Source: Sedimentisphaerales bacterium
Lineage (GTDB): Bacteria > Planctomycetota > Phycisphaerae > Sedimentisphaerales > Anaerobacaceae
Direction of reading: 5' to 3'
Assembly: GCA_050015775.1 (NCBI GenBank)
Contig: JBEKAT010000001.1
Span: 1,238 to 65,237 of the forward strand
DNA: 64,000 bases
In this document: one piece after another, positions 34,090 through 43,824 of the stretch
Numbering within the stretch: the stretch's first letter is position 1
Layout: each line of letters opens with the position of its first letter
The notes under the pieces: generated by a model
Databases searched by the model: none
The model's input: the letters and a program-made list of their open reading frames with translations, nothing else
Told to the model about the DNA's origin: nothing
Made by a program: the position numbers and the translations under genes

Positions 34090-35598
34090 TTAAATGTAGA
34101 CCTTGTCCATCATTCTTGGGAAGGGGATGCACTGGCGGATGTGCGATTCGCCGGTGAGCCAGGCGACGGTTCGTTCGACGCCGAGGCCGAAGCCGCCGTG
34201 AGGGACAGAGCCGTATTTTCGCAGGTCGAGATACCAGTCGTAGTTTTCGCGTTTGAGGCCCATTTCGTCGATTCGTTTGAGGAGCATATCGTGGTCGTCT
34301 TCCCTGACTGAGCCGCCGATGATTTCGCCGAAGCCCTTCGGGGCGAGCATATCGAAATTCTGCACGACTTTGATATTGTCGCGGTCGGTCTTCATATAAA
34401 ACGCTTTTGCTTGTCTTGGGTAATGCGTTACGAAGACGGGTTTGTCGTGTATCAGCGAGATTATTGTTTCATCTGAGCCGCCGAGGTCTTTACCCCATTG
34501 AAATTCTGCGGCGAGTTTTGCGTGTTTTGGGTTGTTTTCGATTTTGATGTTAGTTTCATCGAGGTCGCTTCGTAAGGCAATCAATTCAGAGGCGTTTTTA
34601 TCGTGTTTCCACTGCTTGATTTGGCCTGCCTGTTCGGCTTCGAGTTCCGCGATTCTTTTTTCGGTAGTTTCTTTTTGCTGTTTTAACTGTGTCAGTTGTT
34701 CAGCCATAAATTTGACGGTTTTTTCGCCCCTTAGGATTTCGACCGCCTGCGTGTAAGTAAGCCGGTAGAAGGGTGGTTTGATATTTTCGAGGCCTGCGAT
34801 ATCAGCGCCGATGGTTTCAAGCTGGGGTTTATTATCCTGAAGGACGCGCGAGACGACACTGGAGACGAAATTTTCCGCGAGTTCCAATAGGCCATTCAAA
34901 TCGATAAACGCGACTTCCGGCTCGACCATCCAGAATTCGGTGAGGTGTCTGCGTGTTTTGCTTTTTTCGGCGCGGAAGGTGGGACCAAAGCAATAAACCT
35001 TGCCGAAGGCCGCAGCGGCACATTCGAGGTGCAATTGCCCGGTTTGTGTCAGGAACAGGGTACTGCCGAAGTAATCGACTTCGAAAAGGGATTGTTCTTC
35101 CTCGCCCGCCGCCGACATCAATATGGGTGTATCGACGAGCGTGAAGCCATTGTCGTTGAAGAACCGCCTAATGGCGTCGATAACCGTGTGGCGGATTTTG
35201 CCTATGCACCATTGTCTTTGCGAGCGAAGGTGCAAATGGCGGTGTTTCAGGAGGAAATCGACGCCATGCTCTTTTGGCGTGATGGGGTAATCGGTTGTGG
35301 CGTGGATGACCTCGGCGTTTGTAACGGCCAACTCGAAACCGCCGACGCTGCGGTCTTCCTTACGTACAAGGCCTGTCACCGTAAGCGATGATTCTTGTCC
35401 TAAGTGTTCGAGCTTGTCGAATATATCGTCGGGGATTTTGCCTTTTTCGACGACGCACTGGCAAAGGCCTGAGCCGTCGCGCAGGATGATGAATTGCACC
35501 TTACCGCTGGAACGCGCCTGATATACCCAGCCGGCTAATGTTACCTGCTGACCTGCAAAATCTTTCAATTGGACTATAAGTGTTCTGTTATCGCTCAT
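34090..35598 (-). CDS. asnS: asparagine--tRNA ligase (class IIb) with an inserted coiled-coil segment
   Basis: Track ORF to 35670; start MSDNRTLIV at 35598. OB-fold N-terminus. Motif 2 is FGPTFRAEKSKTRRHLTEFWMVEPE and motif 3 is GGFGLGVERTVAW. About 60-70 extra residues lie between RLTYTQAVEILR and FQWGKDLG. Confidence 0.85.
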   Translation of the reverse strand: MSDNRTLIVQLKDFAGQQVTLAGWVYQARSSGKVQFIILRDGSGLCQCVVEKGKIPDDIFDKLEHLGQESSLTVTGLVRKEDRSVGGFELAVTNAEVIHATTDYPITPKEHGVDFLLKHRHLHLRSQRQWCIGKIRHTVIDAIRRFFNDNGFTLVDTPILMSAAGEEEQSLFEVDYFGSTLFLTQTGQLHLECAAAAFGKVYCFGPTFRAEKSKTRRHLTEFWMVEPEVAFIDLNGLLELAENFVSSVVSRVLQDNKPQLETIGADIAGLENIKPPFYRLTYTQAVEILRGEKTVKFMAEQLTQLKQQKETTEKRIAELEAEQAGQIKQWKHDKNASELIALRSDLDETNIKIENNPKHAKLAAEFQWGKDLGGSDETIISLIHDKPVFVTHYPRQAKAFYMKTDRDNIKVVQNFDMLAPKGFGEIIGGSVREDDHDMLLKRIDEMGLKRENYDWYLDLRKYGSVPHGGFGLGVERTVAWLTGESHIRQCIPFPRMMDKVYI

Positions 35599-35722
35599 TA
35601 TCAATCCCTTTTTCAATGGCCATATCAGGGAGTAGAATATACACCGCGGGACGCCTGCCGCAAAGCACATATTTTAAGTTGCAGTTGACAAGGTTGGGGG
35701 ATACTGGTATCCAATTTCGTAT

Positions 35723-36799
35723 ATGAAAACGCGAATAGCTTTTATAATAGGTGTGTTATTCCTGGCCGGTTGCGTAACTGCGCCGACTCACATAGTTCAA
35801 ACGATTCCTGTCTTGGACAAGTGTTTCCGCTATGAGGGGCGATTTGATTTTGCCGACGCTAATTCTCCGGTTGTTATCTGGCAGGCAAGCAGAATCAGTA
35901 TCGATTTCGAGGGCGATGTGCTCAAGCTGCTTTTTGACGGCGCAAAGAATCAAAACTTCTTCAATGCACAGATTGATAATTCAACCAGGGTAGTCGAGGT
36001 TAACGAAGGGATGCCGCCGAAGGGGACGACGTTTGCCGGACTTGGTAAGGGGCGTCATCATCTTGTGCTTTCCAAACGCAGTGAGGCCAACGCAGGCAGC
36101 GTGCATTTTAGAGGTATACAGATTGGCGAAGGCGATAAGGTCTGGTTGCCGGCACCGGTGGCGTATAAGCTGCGGATGGAGTTCATCGGCGATTCGAAGA
36201 CCGTCGGGGCGTGTAATGAAGACGCGAACACCGACCAGTGGGACACGAGGCGAACGCACAATGGTATGCTCAGTTACGCGGCGATGGCCTCGGAGGTGTT
36301 CTCAGCAGACCACCGCAATATATCCGTAAGCGGGATGGGGATTATCACTGGCTACGTCGATGTGAAGGCGGGCGAGATGTGGAACCGCATCTACCCGAAC
36401 GCGTCATCGGCGGTTGCTGACCTGAATGCGTGGACGCCTGATGTTGTTTTTGTGAACTTAGGCGATAACGATGAGTCGTTTACGAGGACTCACAACCAGC
36501 CGTTTCCCGCGAATTTTACCGATGGTTATATTTCACTTGTGCGGGCAATCCGCGCCGCATATCCGAAGGCGCATATTGTGCTTTTGCGGGGCGGTATGTA
36601 TGGGGGAATGCACAGCGAATTTCTCAATCGGGCGTGGAAGGATATAGTTACTCAGCTTGAATCAGGCGACAAAGACATAAGCCATTTTGTTTTCAAATAC
36701 CAGGCGATGAACCACCCGCGAGTCGCTGAAGACCGCAAATTGGCCGACGAGTTAGTTACCTGGCTCAAAGAGCAGGATTTTATGAAGTCCTACAAGTAG
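35723..36799 (+). CDS. SGNH/GDSL hydrolase with an N-terminal beta-sandwich (CE2-like carbohydrate esterase), lipoprotein
   Basis: 358 aa with lipobox LFLAGC. The GDS block is EFIGDSKTVG, with a later VNLGDNDES block. Confidence 0.65.
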   Translation: MKTRIAFIIGVLFLAGCVTAPTHIVQTIPVLDKCFRYEGRFDFADANSPVVIWQASRISIDFEGDVLKLLFDGAKNQNFFNAQIDNSTRVVEVNEGMPPKGTTFAGLGKGRHHLVLSKRSEANAGSVHFRGIQIGEGDKVWLPAPVAYKLRMEFIGDSKTVGACNEDANTDQWDTRRTHNGMLSYAAMASEVFSADHRNISVSGMGIITGYVDVKAGEMWNRIYPNASSAVADLNAWTPDVVFVNLGDNDESFTRTHNQPFPANFTDGYISLVRAIRAAYPKAHIVLLRGGMYGGMHSEFLNRAWKDIVTQLESGDKDISHFVFKYQAMNHPRVAEDRKLADELVTWLKEQDFMKSYK

Positions 36800-36821
36800 C
36801 CCAGTTTGCCGTATTACCCCG

Positions 36822-37010
36822 TTATTGTTTACGGGGCATAATTATCCCGGCGATGATGTATGTTACCACCAGAGGCGCAACAAATGTCACGAGGGTGAGG
36901 AATACAAGCACCAGCCGAAGCAGGGTGGGGTCGATGTCATACGTTTCAGCTATTCCGCCGCACACACCGAGAATTTTCTTGTCTGTGTTTGAAAGGTAAA
37001 GTTTTTTCAT
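36822..37010 (-). CDS. PspC-domain membrane protein
   Basis: 62 aa. DKKILGVCGGIAETYDIDPTLLRLVLVFLTL is a typical PspC domain, followed by a TM helix. Confidence 0.75.
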   Translation of the reverse strand: MKKLYLSNTDKKILGVCGGIAETYDIDPTLLRLVLVFLTLVTFVAPLVVTYIIAGIIMPRKQ

Positions 37011-37021
37011 ATTGCTATTCC

Positions 37022-37477
37022 TTAAATTTGAATTTTGACCACCACTTTTCGGACTTCGGTTGGGCCGGCGAGTTGGCGGCAGGGGAGGTGGGCGTCGTCG
37101 GGGAAAAGGATGCAGAAAAGGCCCGGCTCGAGTTTTACTTTAGTGATTTCCTTTGGCGTATTGAAAAAGGCGATATCCTTTTGAGGGTTATAAACTTCGG
37201 CGATTGTAAGGCCCTTTAATGGTGCGTAGCCGAGAAGCTCTTGGCCTTCTAATAAAAATTGGATATCGATGTATTTGCGGTGGGCTTCGAGGTTACCTTC
37301 GTTTAGCGGTTTAGTTGCATAACGCTGGATGGTGTAGTAATTTTTTTCGCCATCGACGAGGTATTTGCCGTCTTGTTTTTTTGCCAGGGTTTTATCCGTG
37401 AGAATCTCAAACGCCCTTGCAAATCGGGTGTTCAGACCAAGATACAAATGGGTGTTATCGATTGTATCCAGAATCAT
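37022..37477 (-). CDS. YhcH/YjgK/YiaL (EbgC-like, DUF386) family protein
   Basis: 151 aa with the family-typical N-terminus MILDTIDNTHLYLGLNTRFARAFEIL. It lies immediately downstream of glyQS. Confidence 0.65.
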   Translation of the reverse strand: MILDTIDNTHLYLGLNTRFARAFEILTDKTLAKKQDGKYLVDGEKNYYTIQRYATKPLNEGNLEAHRKYIDIQFLLEGQELLGYAPLKGLTIAEVYNPQKDIAFFNTPKEITKVKLEPGLFCILFPDDAHLPCRQLAGPTEVRKVVVKIQI

Positions 37478-37479
37478 TT

Positions 37480-38952
37480 TTACATATCCAGTTTGTCGCG
37501 CAGGTAACTTCGCAACTGGTCGGTGGCGACGCGGATTTGCTCCATCGAGTCGCGCTGGCGAACGGTAACGGTCTGGTCCTGAGCGGTCTGGCCATCGACG
37601 GTAATGCAGAATGGTGTCCCCGCCTCGTCCTGTCTGCGGTAGCGTCTGCCGATTGCGCCTTTTTCGTCGTAAGCGCAGTTGAAACGTCCTTTGAGGTCGT
37701 TGAAGATATTGCGGGCGGTTTCGGGCATGCCGTCTTTATTGACTAACGGAAATATGCCTGCTTTTGTCGGCGCGATAGCCGATGAGAACCGCAGGACGTT
37801 TCGTGTCTCGCCGCGGACTTCCTCTTCATCATAAGCGTCAACCAGAAACGCCAAGGTGCTTCTATCCATTCCTGCACTTGGCTCAATTACATAAGGGATA
37901 TACCGGGCCTTCTTTTCGTCGTCGAAATATGACAAAGGCCCTTTGAGGTAATCTTCGGATTCTTCTTTCAGTTTTATCTTCGACAAGTCGCCCTTGGTCT
38001 CATACCAGGAGTTAAGCGTTCGCATACCTCTCTGGTGCTGGCGGAGGTCGTAGTCGGTGCGGTTGGCGATGCCTTCTAATTCCTGCCAGTCGCCTGAGCC
38101 GAACGGGAATTTATATTCGACATCGACACAGCCCTTGGCGTAATGAGCAAGCTCGTCTTTTTCATGTTCGCGGAAACGCAGGTTGTCTTTTTTGATGCCG
38201 AGGTTCAGGTACCAGTTGAAACGCTGTTCTTTCCAGTGCTCGAACCATTTGTCATCGGTTCCCGGCTCGCAGAAAAATTCCAGTTCGGCCTGCTCGAATT
38301 CGCGTGTCCTGAAAATGAACGCCTTGGTTGTAACTTCATTGCGGAAGCTTTTGCCGATTTGAGCGATGCCGAAGGGTATTTTGACTCTGGTGGTATCGAG
38401 GACATTTCTGAAATTGGCGAAGATACCCTGCGCGGTTTCAGGCCGCAGGTAAAGCGTCATCGAGTCCTCGACGTTTGCGCCCATCTGGGTTTCAAACATT
38501 AATTTGAAAGGCATTGGTTCCGTGAAGTTGCCGACAGCCCCGCAGGATGGACATACCTTTTTGCTCAAATCCTGTTTTGCGCCGGGGACAATCGCGACGT
38601 GTTCGGTATGCTCCTGTGCTGATTCGTTTGCTTTGTCTTTTAAGTGGTCAACGCGTGTCCTTGTGTTGCATTTTTTACATTCAGCGATGAGGTCGGCAAA
38701 GTGGTCGGCGTGGCCCGAGGCCTTCCAGACGAGCGGATGCATAAGGATGCTGCAATCGAGGCCGACGACGTCGTCGCGCATCTGGACGACGTTTTTCCAC
38801 CAGGCCTTCTTGACGTTGTTTTTCAGTTCAACGCCTAATGGGCCGTAATCGTAGCAGCTCGCGAGTCCGCCATAGATTTCGCTCGACTGAAATATGAAGC
38901 CACGCCTTTTGCACAATGATACTATATCATCCAGTTTTGCCAGCTTTGCCAT
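37480..38952 (-). CDS. glyQS: glycine--tRNA ligase (dimeric alpha2 type)
   Basis: 490 aa. The N-terminus CKRRGFIFQSSEIYGGLASCYDYGPLGVELKNNVKKAWW and the class II motifs are characteristic. Confidence 0.9.
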   Translation of the reverse strand: MAKLAKLDDIVSLCKRRGFIFQSSEIYGGLASCYDYGPLGVELKNNVKKAWWKNVVQMRDDVVGLDCSILMHPLVWKASGHADHFADLIAECKKCNTRTRVDHLKDKANESAQEHTEHVAIVPGAKQDLSKKVCPSCGAVGNFTEPMPFKLMFETQMGANVEDSMTLYLRPETAQGIFANFRNVLDTTRVKIPFGIAQIGKSFRNEVTTKAFIFRTREFEQAELEFFCEPGTDDKWFEHWKEQRFNWYLNLGIKKDNLRFREHEKDELAHYAKGCVDVEYKFPFGSGDWQELEGIANRTDYDLRQHQRGMRTLNSWYETKGDLSKIKLKEESEDYLKGPLSYFDDEKKARYIPYVIEPSAGMDRSTLAFLVDAYDEEEVRGETRNVLRFSSAIAPTKAGIFPLVNKDGMPETARNIFNDLKGRFNCAYDEKGAIGRRYRRQDEAGTPFCITVDGQTAQDQTVTVRQRDSMEQIRVATDQLRSYLRDKLDM

Positions 38953-38998
38953 AATGTCCTCAGTTATTCAAGTATTTTCAAAAACACACGAAATAAAG

Positions 38999-39026
38999 AT
39001 TATACAATAGAACCGTATGATTGCAA
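38999..39026 (-). promoter_or_regulatory. sigma-70-type promoter TTGCAA-16-TATAAT upstream of glyQS
   Basis: Read on the minus strand. The -10 element ends about 47 nt upstream of the glyQS ATG. Confidence 0.45.
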
Positions 39027-39063
39027 AGCCCCGCAGCAATGCCGCCGGCGGCGATATTGTATT

Positions 39064-41583
39064 TCAGGGCGCCACATACTCTATTTTTTCGAAGGGTATC
39101 CGGCCGGACTTGACTTTGCAGAACGGTTTACCGTCTTTTACGCCGACTGTGCCATAGCCGGTGGCTGTGGAAATAAATGTTCTGAAGTCGCCTTTTACGG
39201 CGGGTTTAAGATATAATATTTTTTCTATCGCGTCGTATCTTGCGCCGCCAAGTGACTGCAAAAGGGCGTATGACGACATTGCCCGGGCGTACCAGTGGCC
39301 GCATTCGTATTCATCGAATGGATTTCGGACTCTGCCGTCGTATCTATCGCGTGCGGTGCGGACAATCTGCAAGCCCTCATTGATAAAACCCTTTGTAATC
39401 AAATGCGAGGCGACCTGATATTCGATGCCCGTCCAGACCTCGTTGCTGTATGGGAAGGGCAAACTGGGTTCGTCGCCTTTCGGCCAGGAACAAAGCAGCA
39501 ATCCGCCCTCGCTGCCCAGCGCGTAGCCGGGCCTCTGTGGATTCACGTGTTCCGACAGGTCTTTTTTGAAATTGTATTTATAAACACTTTTCAAATGACT
39601 TGTGACTTTGCCTTCGTCGAGGATGCTGCCGACGCCGCTGATTTGCGCAAGCCACGCCCCGAGGACGCCATCCGAAAGGCATCCTTTGCCATACTGATAT
39701 TTAGGTCCTTCCTTTTTCAATATCTCAATCGCATCCGGGGCGTACCCGCCGTCGAGGGTCTGCTCTGTTATCGGATTTTTTGCTCGGAGGTCTTTCCACT
39801 GGACTTGTTGATAAAAGTATTCGCCGTTGTATAGCCGCTCATCGAGGTATTTTTGTCCTTTATCGAGCAATTCCTGGTAAAGCGGTTCATTGTCAATCAG
39901 GGCTTTGCCCATCAGCGTCATCGCCTTTAAAGCCCCGATATAAAAACTGCTGCACATAGGGTCTGGTCCCCAGAACTCGATGTCATAGGTATTGTGATGC
40001 GGCTCAGACAGGACGCCATTGTGATTGGGGTCCCAGGTGGCAATGCAATAGTCCATGCTCGTCTTGACCTGGGGCCACAATTTTCGCAGCCAGTCGGAAT
40101 CGCCGCTTATGCGCCAGTCACGATAAACCTTGATAATACCGCCTAACTGGCCATCCGCCGCCGCGTGGAAACCGTGCGTAGTCGGTCGAATGGGCAATGA
40201 ACAGCGAAAGGTCTGATGACCCTTGGCGTCCTGGCAGACGCAAAACTCCGTTTCGCGTAAAGTACGTTCGAGTTGGGGAAACAGGTTCGGTATCGCCTGC
40301 GCGTAGTTCCAAACGTGGGTACATGAACCGGGGCAGCAGCCGGCATTATCGAAACAGCCCTCCCAGGCCCAGAGCCGGCCGTCCGCCTGTCGAAGAACGG
40401 TAGGGGATTTCAATATTGTCAGGTTTGCCGCGACCGCCTCAGTTACTTCATCGGGCAGTGTTGTATCATAAAAACAATCGCTGAACTGCTTTGTTTTTTC
40501 GCGAAGTATCGCATAATTTGCTCGCCAATAGTTCGCGATATTTTCGATGTCCGTGAATTTGGATGAATACCATGGCTGATATGTTGTCGGCTGATTAGCA
40601 TCATCAGTTTTGCCGCCTGTGTCGGGACCGTTTCTCACATTGCTTACTGGGGAAAACCAGCAGAGAAGAATCGTGACGTTTTTTTGTTTTCCCGGGTCCA
40701 GGTTTACAGGCACAAAAATTGTTGCGCCTGGGCTTGTTGCGCTGCCGGATAGGGCCGGCTTATCATAGCATTTGCCCTGTTCGATGTCCTTCCACGCCAT
40801 AGTCAGCGGGTCAAACCAGCCGCCGCGAAACCAGGCGCAGTTGATATTGGCGTCGGGATTGAGTGAAATCGCCGCGAACGCCGCCTCATCCCAGGGTTTG
40901 CCTTTGGCGTCTTTTTTTGTGGCGAGGACAAAACCATTTTCAGTTCCTATAACTTTGCCCGGTTTTTCATCTGTCGCCAGAAAGTTGCGGGCGTTAAAAG
41001 AGTAAACCGCCTCAACGGGTTTGTCGGTTGGATTTGTGAAGCGATATTCCAATGCCGCGACGGGCAGTGACGAATCATTCGGCTCAGGCGGAGTGAAGGG
41101 ACTCCAGCCGGTAATCTCAATCTTTAGCGGTATCTTCGGGTCTTCGAGACATACAACGGCAAACGGGAAGCGGGCTTTGAAGGTTGCCTTAGCGAATCGC
41201 GGAAGTCCGTATGTTCTGCCCGACAGGCCATTGCCTGCTCCGTTGTAATTAGTGGCATCAGGACCGGGGCCGAATATTTTCCATTTCGGCACGGGGCCTT
41301 CGAGTACTCGGGCGACGTTTTTGTCACCCTTGACGCATATTGCCGAAAACGCGGTTGGCTCAGTGAATATCTCGGGTTTGTTTCGCAATGAAAAATTGCT
41401 TAGTGTCCCTGTTCCCTCGATGCAAATCATTCCCGCACCGATGCCGCCCATTGGGAAGGCAACGTGATTGAGGTACTCTCCGCTGTAAACGTCATTGTAC
41501 TTTCGCTGTTCGGCGGACACGCTGCCTGCTAAACTGAGTGCCAGGACCGCTGTAACAAGCAATTTGATTATTTGCGATTTCAT
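39064..41583 (-). CDS. GH116-family (GBA2-type) beta-glucosidase/glucosylceramidase-like, secreted
   Basis: 839 aa with a signal peptide. The N-terminal motif HVAFPMGGIGAGMICIEGTG is typical of the GH116 N-terminal domain, followed by a large (alpha/alpha)6-like C-terminal part. Confidence 0.7.
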   Translation of the reverse strand: MKSQIIKLLVTAVLALSLAGSVSAEQRKYNDVYSGEYLNHVAFPMGGIGAGMICIEGTGTLSNFSLRNKPEIFTEPTAFSAICVKGDKNVARVLEGPVPKWKIFGPGPDATNYNGAGNGLSGRTYGLPRFAKATFKARFPFAVVCLEDPKIPLKIEITGWSPFTPPEPNDSSLPVAALEYRFTNPTDKPVEAVYSFNARNFLATDEKPGKVIGTENGFVLATKKDAKGKPWDEAAFAAISLNPDANINCAWFRGGWFDPLTMAWKDIEQGKCYDKPALSGSATSPGATIFVPVNLDPGKQKNVTILLCWFSPVSNVRNGPDTGGKTDDANQPTTYQPWYSSKFTDIENIANYWRANYAILREKTKQFSDCFYDTTLPDEVTEAVAANLTILKSPTVLRQADGRLWAWEGCFDNAGCCPGSCTHVWNYAQAIPNLFPQLERTLRETEFCVCQDAKGHQTFRCSLPIRPTTHGFHAAADGQLGGIIKVYRDWRISGDSDWLRKLWPQVKTSMDYCIATWDPNHNGVLSEPHHNTYDIEFWGPDPMCSSFYIGALKAMTLMGKALIDNEPLYQELLDKGQKYLDERLYNGEYFYQQVQWKDLRAKNPITEQTLDGGYAPDAIEILKKEGPKYQYGKGCLSDGVLGAWLAQISGVGSILDEGKVTSHLKSVYKYNFKKDLSEHVNPQRPGYALGSEGGLLLCSWPKGDEPSLPFPYSNEVWTGIEYQVASHLITKGFINEGLQIVRTARDRYDGRVRNPFDEYECGHWYARAMSSYALLQSLGGARYDAIEKILYLKPAVKGDFRTFISTATGYGTVGVKDGKPFCKVKSGRIPFEKIEYVAP

Positions 41584-41605
41584 TTCTTGTTTTCCTCAAA
41601 GCAAC

Positions 41606-42502
41606 TTATTTTGCGGGTTTTTTAATCTTTATCGTTTCGTTACCCATTTTGAGTTTCAGCGATTTGCTCCAGTTTTGCTTTCCTGATTCGAGTGAGCGGG
41701 CGAAACCATATTCGATTTCACCGGATTTGCAGTATAGCGTCTTTCCGGCGTATTTATCATTCGGGTCGTATTTGCCCAGGACCGTCGCGGGATACCAGTG
41801 AAACGGGAACCTGTGGTCTTTAAGGCCTGGGGTGATATCTCCAATATCGACGTTATGAGCGTGGGCAAGCCGACAATAAGTAACGTTACCAGTGATATCC
41901 TGTGTTAAATAATGGTCGGCCCAGTAAATTTTGTTTGGTTCGGCCTGTATATTCCCAAGTGAGTTTGCGTCCCAGCCAAGCGGGACATAAGCGTCGAGGA
42001 ATGTCAGGTGGATGTTCGCGCTTGTTTTTTTTGCGATGATTTTTGCCGCCTCGCTGATTGCCCAGCAGCCGGAGGAGTGAGCGATTAAATGAACGTGCCG
42101 CGGGTTTTTTGACAATTTGAGAATCTGTTCCGCCAGCATTTTGCCGGCTGTGTCGCGGGCATACTGGGCTGCGTCCCTTGGGTTGACGACCATTGCCTCG
42201 TGATGCCAGTCAAACCAGCCGCAGACCCATTCGTTTGAATCGACCTTGTTCCTGAATGCCATCGCCAGCTCGCCGGGCCAGGGTTCCCGTTCAATCCACC
42301 CGTGCGTCGCGATGACAATTTTCAATCCGTCTGTTTGAGGCCGGTTTACCTCATCAGCTTTGACTATAGCGTTATTCGGCTCACCAACCGCGACGTATAG
42401 CGTTGGTTTATCCTGTGATTTGTCGCCCGCGGAAGCGGTTGAGATTATGGTTGTCAGGAACAGTGCGATTAAATACGAATTTTTGTTTAGTTTAAGGGAC
42501 AT
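41606..42502 (-). CDS. secreted alpha/beta hydrolase (lipase/esterase-like)
   Basis: Track ORF from GTG 42559. ATG 42502 gives signal MSLKLNKNSYLIALFLTTIISTASA. The nucleophile elbow is IAHSSGCW. Confidence 0.55.
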   Translation of the reverse strand: MSLKLNKNSYLIALFLTTIISTASAGDKSQDKPTLYVAVGEPNNAIVKADEVNRPQTDGLKIVIATHGWIEREPWPGELAMAFRNKVDSNEWVCGWFDWHHEAMVVNPRDAAQYARDTAGKMLAEQILKLSKNPRHVHLIAHSSGCWAISEAAKIIAKKTSANIHLTFLDAYVPLGWDANSLGNIQAEPNKIYWADHYLTQDITGNVTYCRLAHAHNVDIGDITPGLKDHRFPFHWYPATVLGKYDPNDKYAGKTLYCKSGEIEYGFARSLESGKQNWSKSLKLKMGNETIKIKKPAK

Positions 42503-42591
42503 AATTTCTGCTGTTATCCTATGCGTATCCATGTTAATTGCAATAGCGGTCTTTGACACGGCGAACCTGCTCGGCTAAACTAAATCTCACT

Positions 42592-43818
42592 ATGAAAACA
42601 GACGTTTGTGTAATAGGTGCCGGGCCGGCGGGGTTGACCTCGGCGATTTTCGCTGCGCAGGCAGGCGCGCAGGTTGTTGTGATAGAGAAAAACGCGACCG
42701 CGGGGCAAAAACTCCTTTTGACGGGCGGCGGGCGGTGCAATATCACGCACACGGGTACAGTTGATGATTTCGTTCGCGTGTATGGCAAAGGGGGGAGGTT
42801 CCTTAGGCATTGTCTGCACGAATTTTCGCCTGACGCGACGCGTGATTTTTTCGGCCAGATTCGTATCGCGACCAAAGTTGATGAAGATGGTTGTGTGTTC
42901 CCGGTAAGCGAATCCGCAGGTAATGTTCAATACGCTTTGCTGAGCCAGTGCAAAAAACTCGGCGTGCAGTTTGTCTTCAGCAGTGGGGTTGAGGGCATCA
43001 AAAAGCACGGCGCCGAATTTATTATTTCAGCCGGCAAAGAGGTTTTGACGGCTCATAAAGTGATTATCGCCACGGGCGGGGCAAGTTACCCCGCTACTGG
43101 TTCGACAGGCGACGGCTACAAATTAGCAAAATCGCTTGGCCATACAATCATTGAACCAAAGCCGGCTCTTGTGCCGCTTATTACGAGTGAAAAATGGTGC
43201 GCCGAACTGGCGGGAATCTCGCGCGATAACGTAACGATATCCGCGATGATTGACAAAAAGAAAGTCAGTGTCAGCGGGCCGATGATTTTTACCTACGATG
43301 GCATAGGCGGGCCTGCTGTTCTCGACTTAAGCCGATTACTTGCCGATTATTTGCCCGCCGAAAAGCCAATCGAAATTTTTATCGATGTTGTCCCGGCGAT
43401 GAATGAGGCCAAACTCGAAGAATATCTGATAGGACAGCTTTCGCAATACTCCAAAAAAATAATCGCAAACGTGCTTTTCGAGCTGGTCCCCAAGAAACTT
43501 GGCGGGCTTATATGCGATTTGGCGGGAATTACCGAAACGACCGCGAGCCAGTTGAAAAAAGAGCAGCGAAGAAAAGTCATTCAGTTGTTGAAAAAGCTGC
43601 CGTTATCAATTGAAGCCACAGCGTCTATCGAGGAAGCGACAATTACCCGCGGCGGCGTCAGCACCGCGGAAATTGACCCTAAAACTATGCAATCCAAAAT
43701 TTGCCCCGGCTTATTCTTTGCCGGCGAGGTCATTGACGCCGACGGCCCCTGCGGCGGGTATAATCTTCAAATTGCATGGTCAACGGGCGCTCTTGCGGGC
43801 AAATTGGCTGTGAAGTGA
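42592..43818 (+). CDS. HI0933/BaiN-like NAD(P)/FAD-dependent oxidoreductase
   Basis: Track ORF from 42553; start MKTDVCVIGAGPAGL at 42592. The GGGRCNITH motif and the C-terminal GGYNLQIAWSTG are typical of this family. Confidence 0.75.
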   Translation: MKTDVCVIGAGPAGLTSAIFAAQAGAQVVVIEKNATAGQKLLLTGGGRCNITHTGTVDDFVRVYGKGGRFLRHCLHEFSPDATRDFFGQIRIATKVDEDGCVFPVSESAGNVQYALLSQCKKLGVQFVFSSGVEGIKKHGAEFIISAGKEVLTAHKVIIATGGASYPATGSTGDGYKLAKSLGHTIIEPKPALVPLITSEKWCAELAGISRDNVTISAMIDKKKVSVSGPMIFTYDGIGGPAVLDLSRLLADYLPAEKPIEIFIDVVPAMNEAKLEEYLIGQLSQYSKKIIANVLFELVPKKLGGLICDLAGITETTASQLKKEQRRKVIQLLKKLPLSIEATASIEEATITRGGVSTAEIDPKTMQSKICPGLFFAGEVIDADGPCGGYNLQIAWSTGALAGKLAVK

Positions 43819-43824
43819 TGATAA

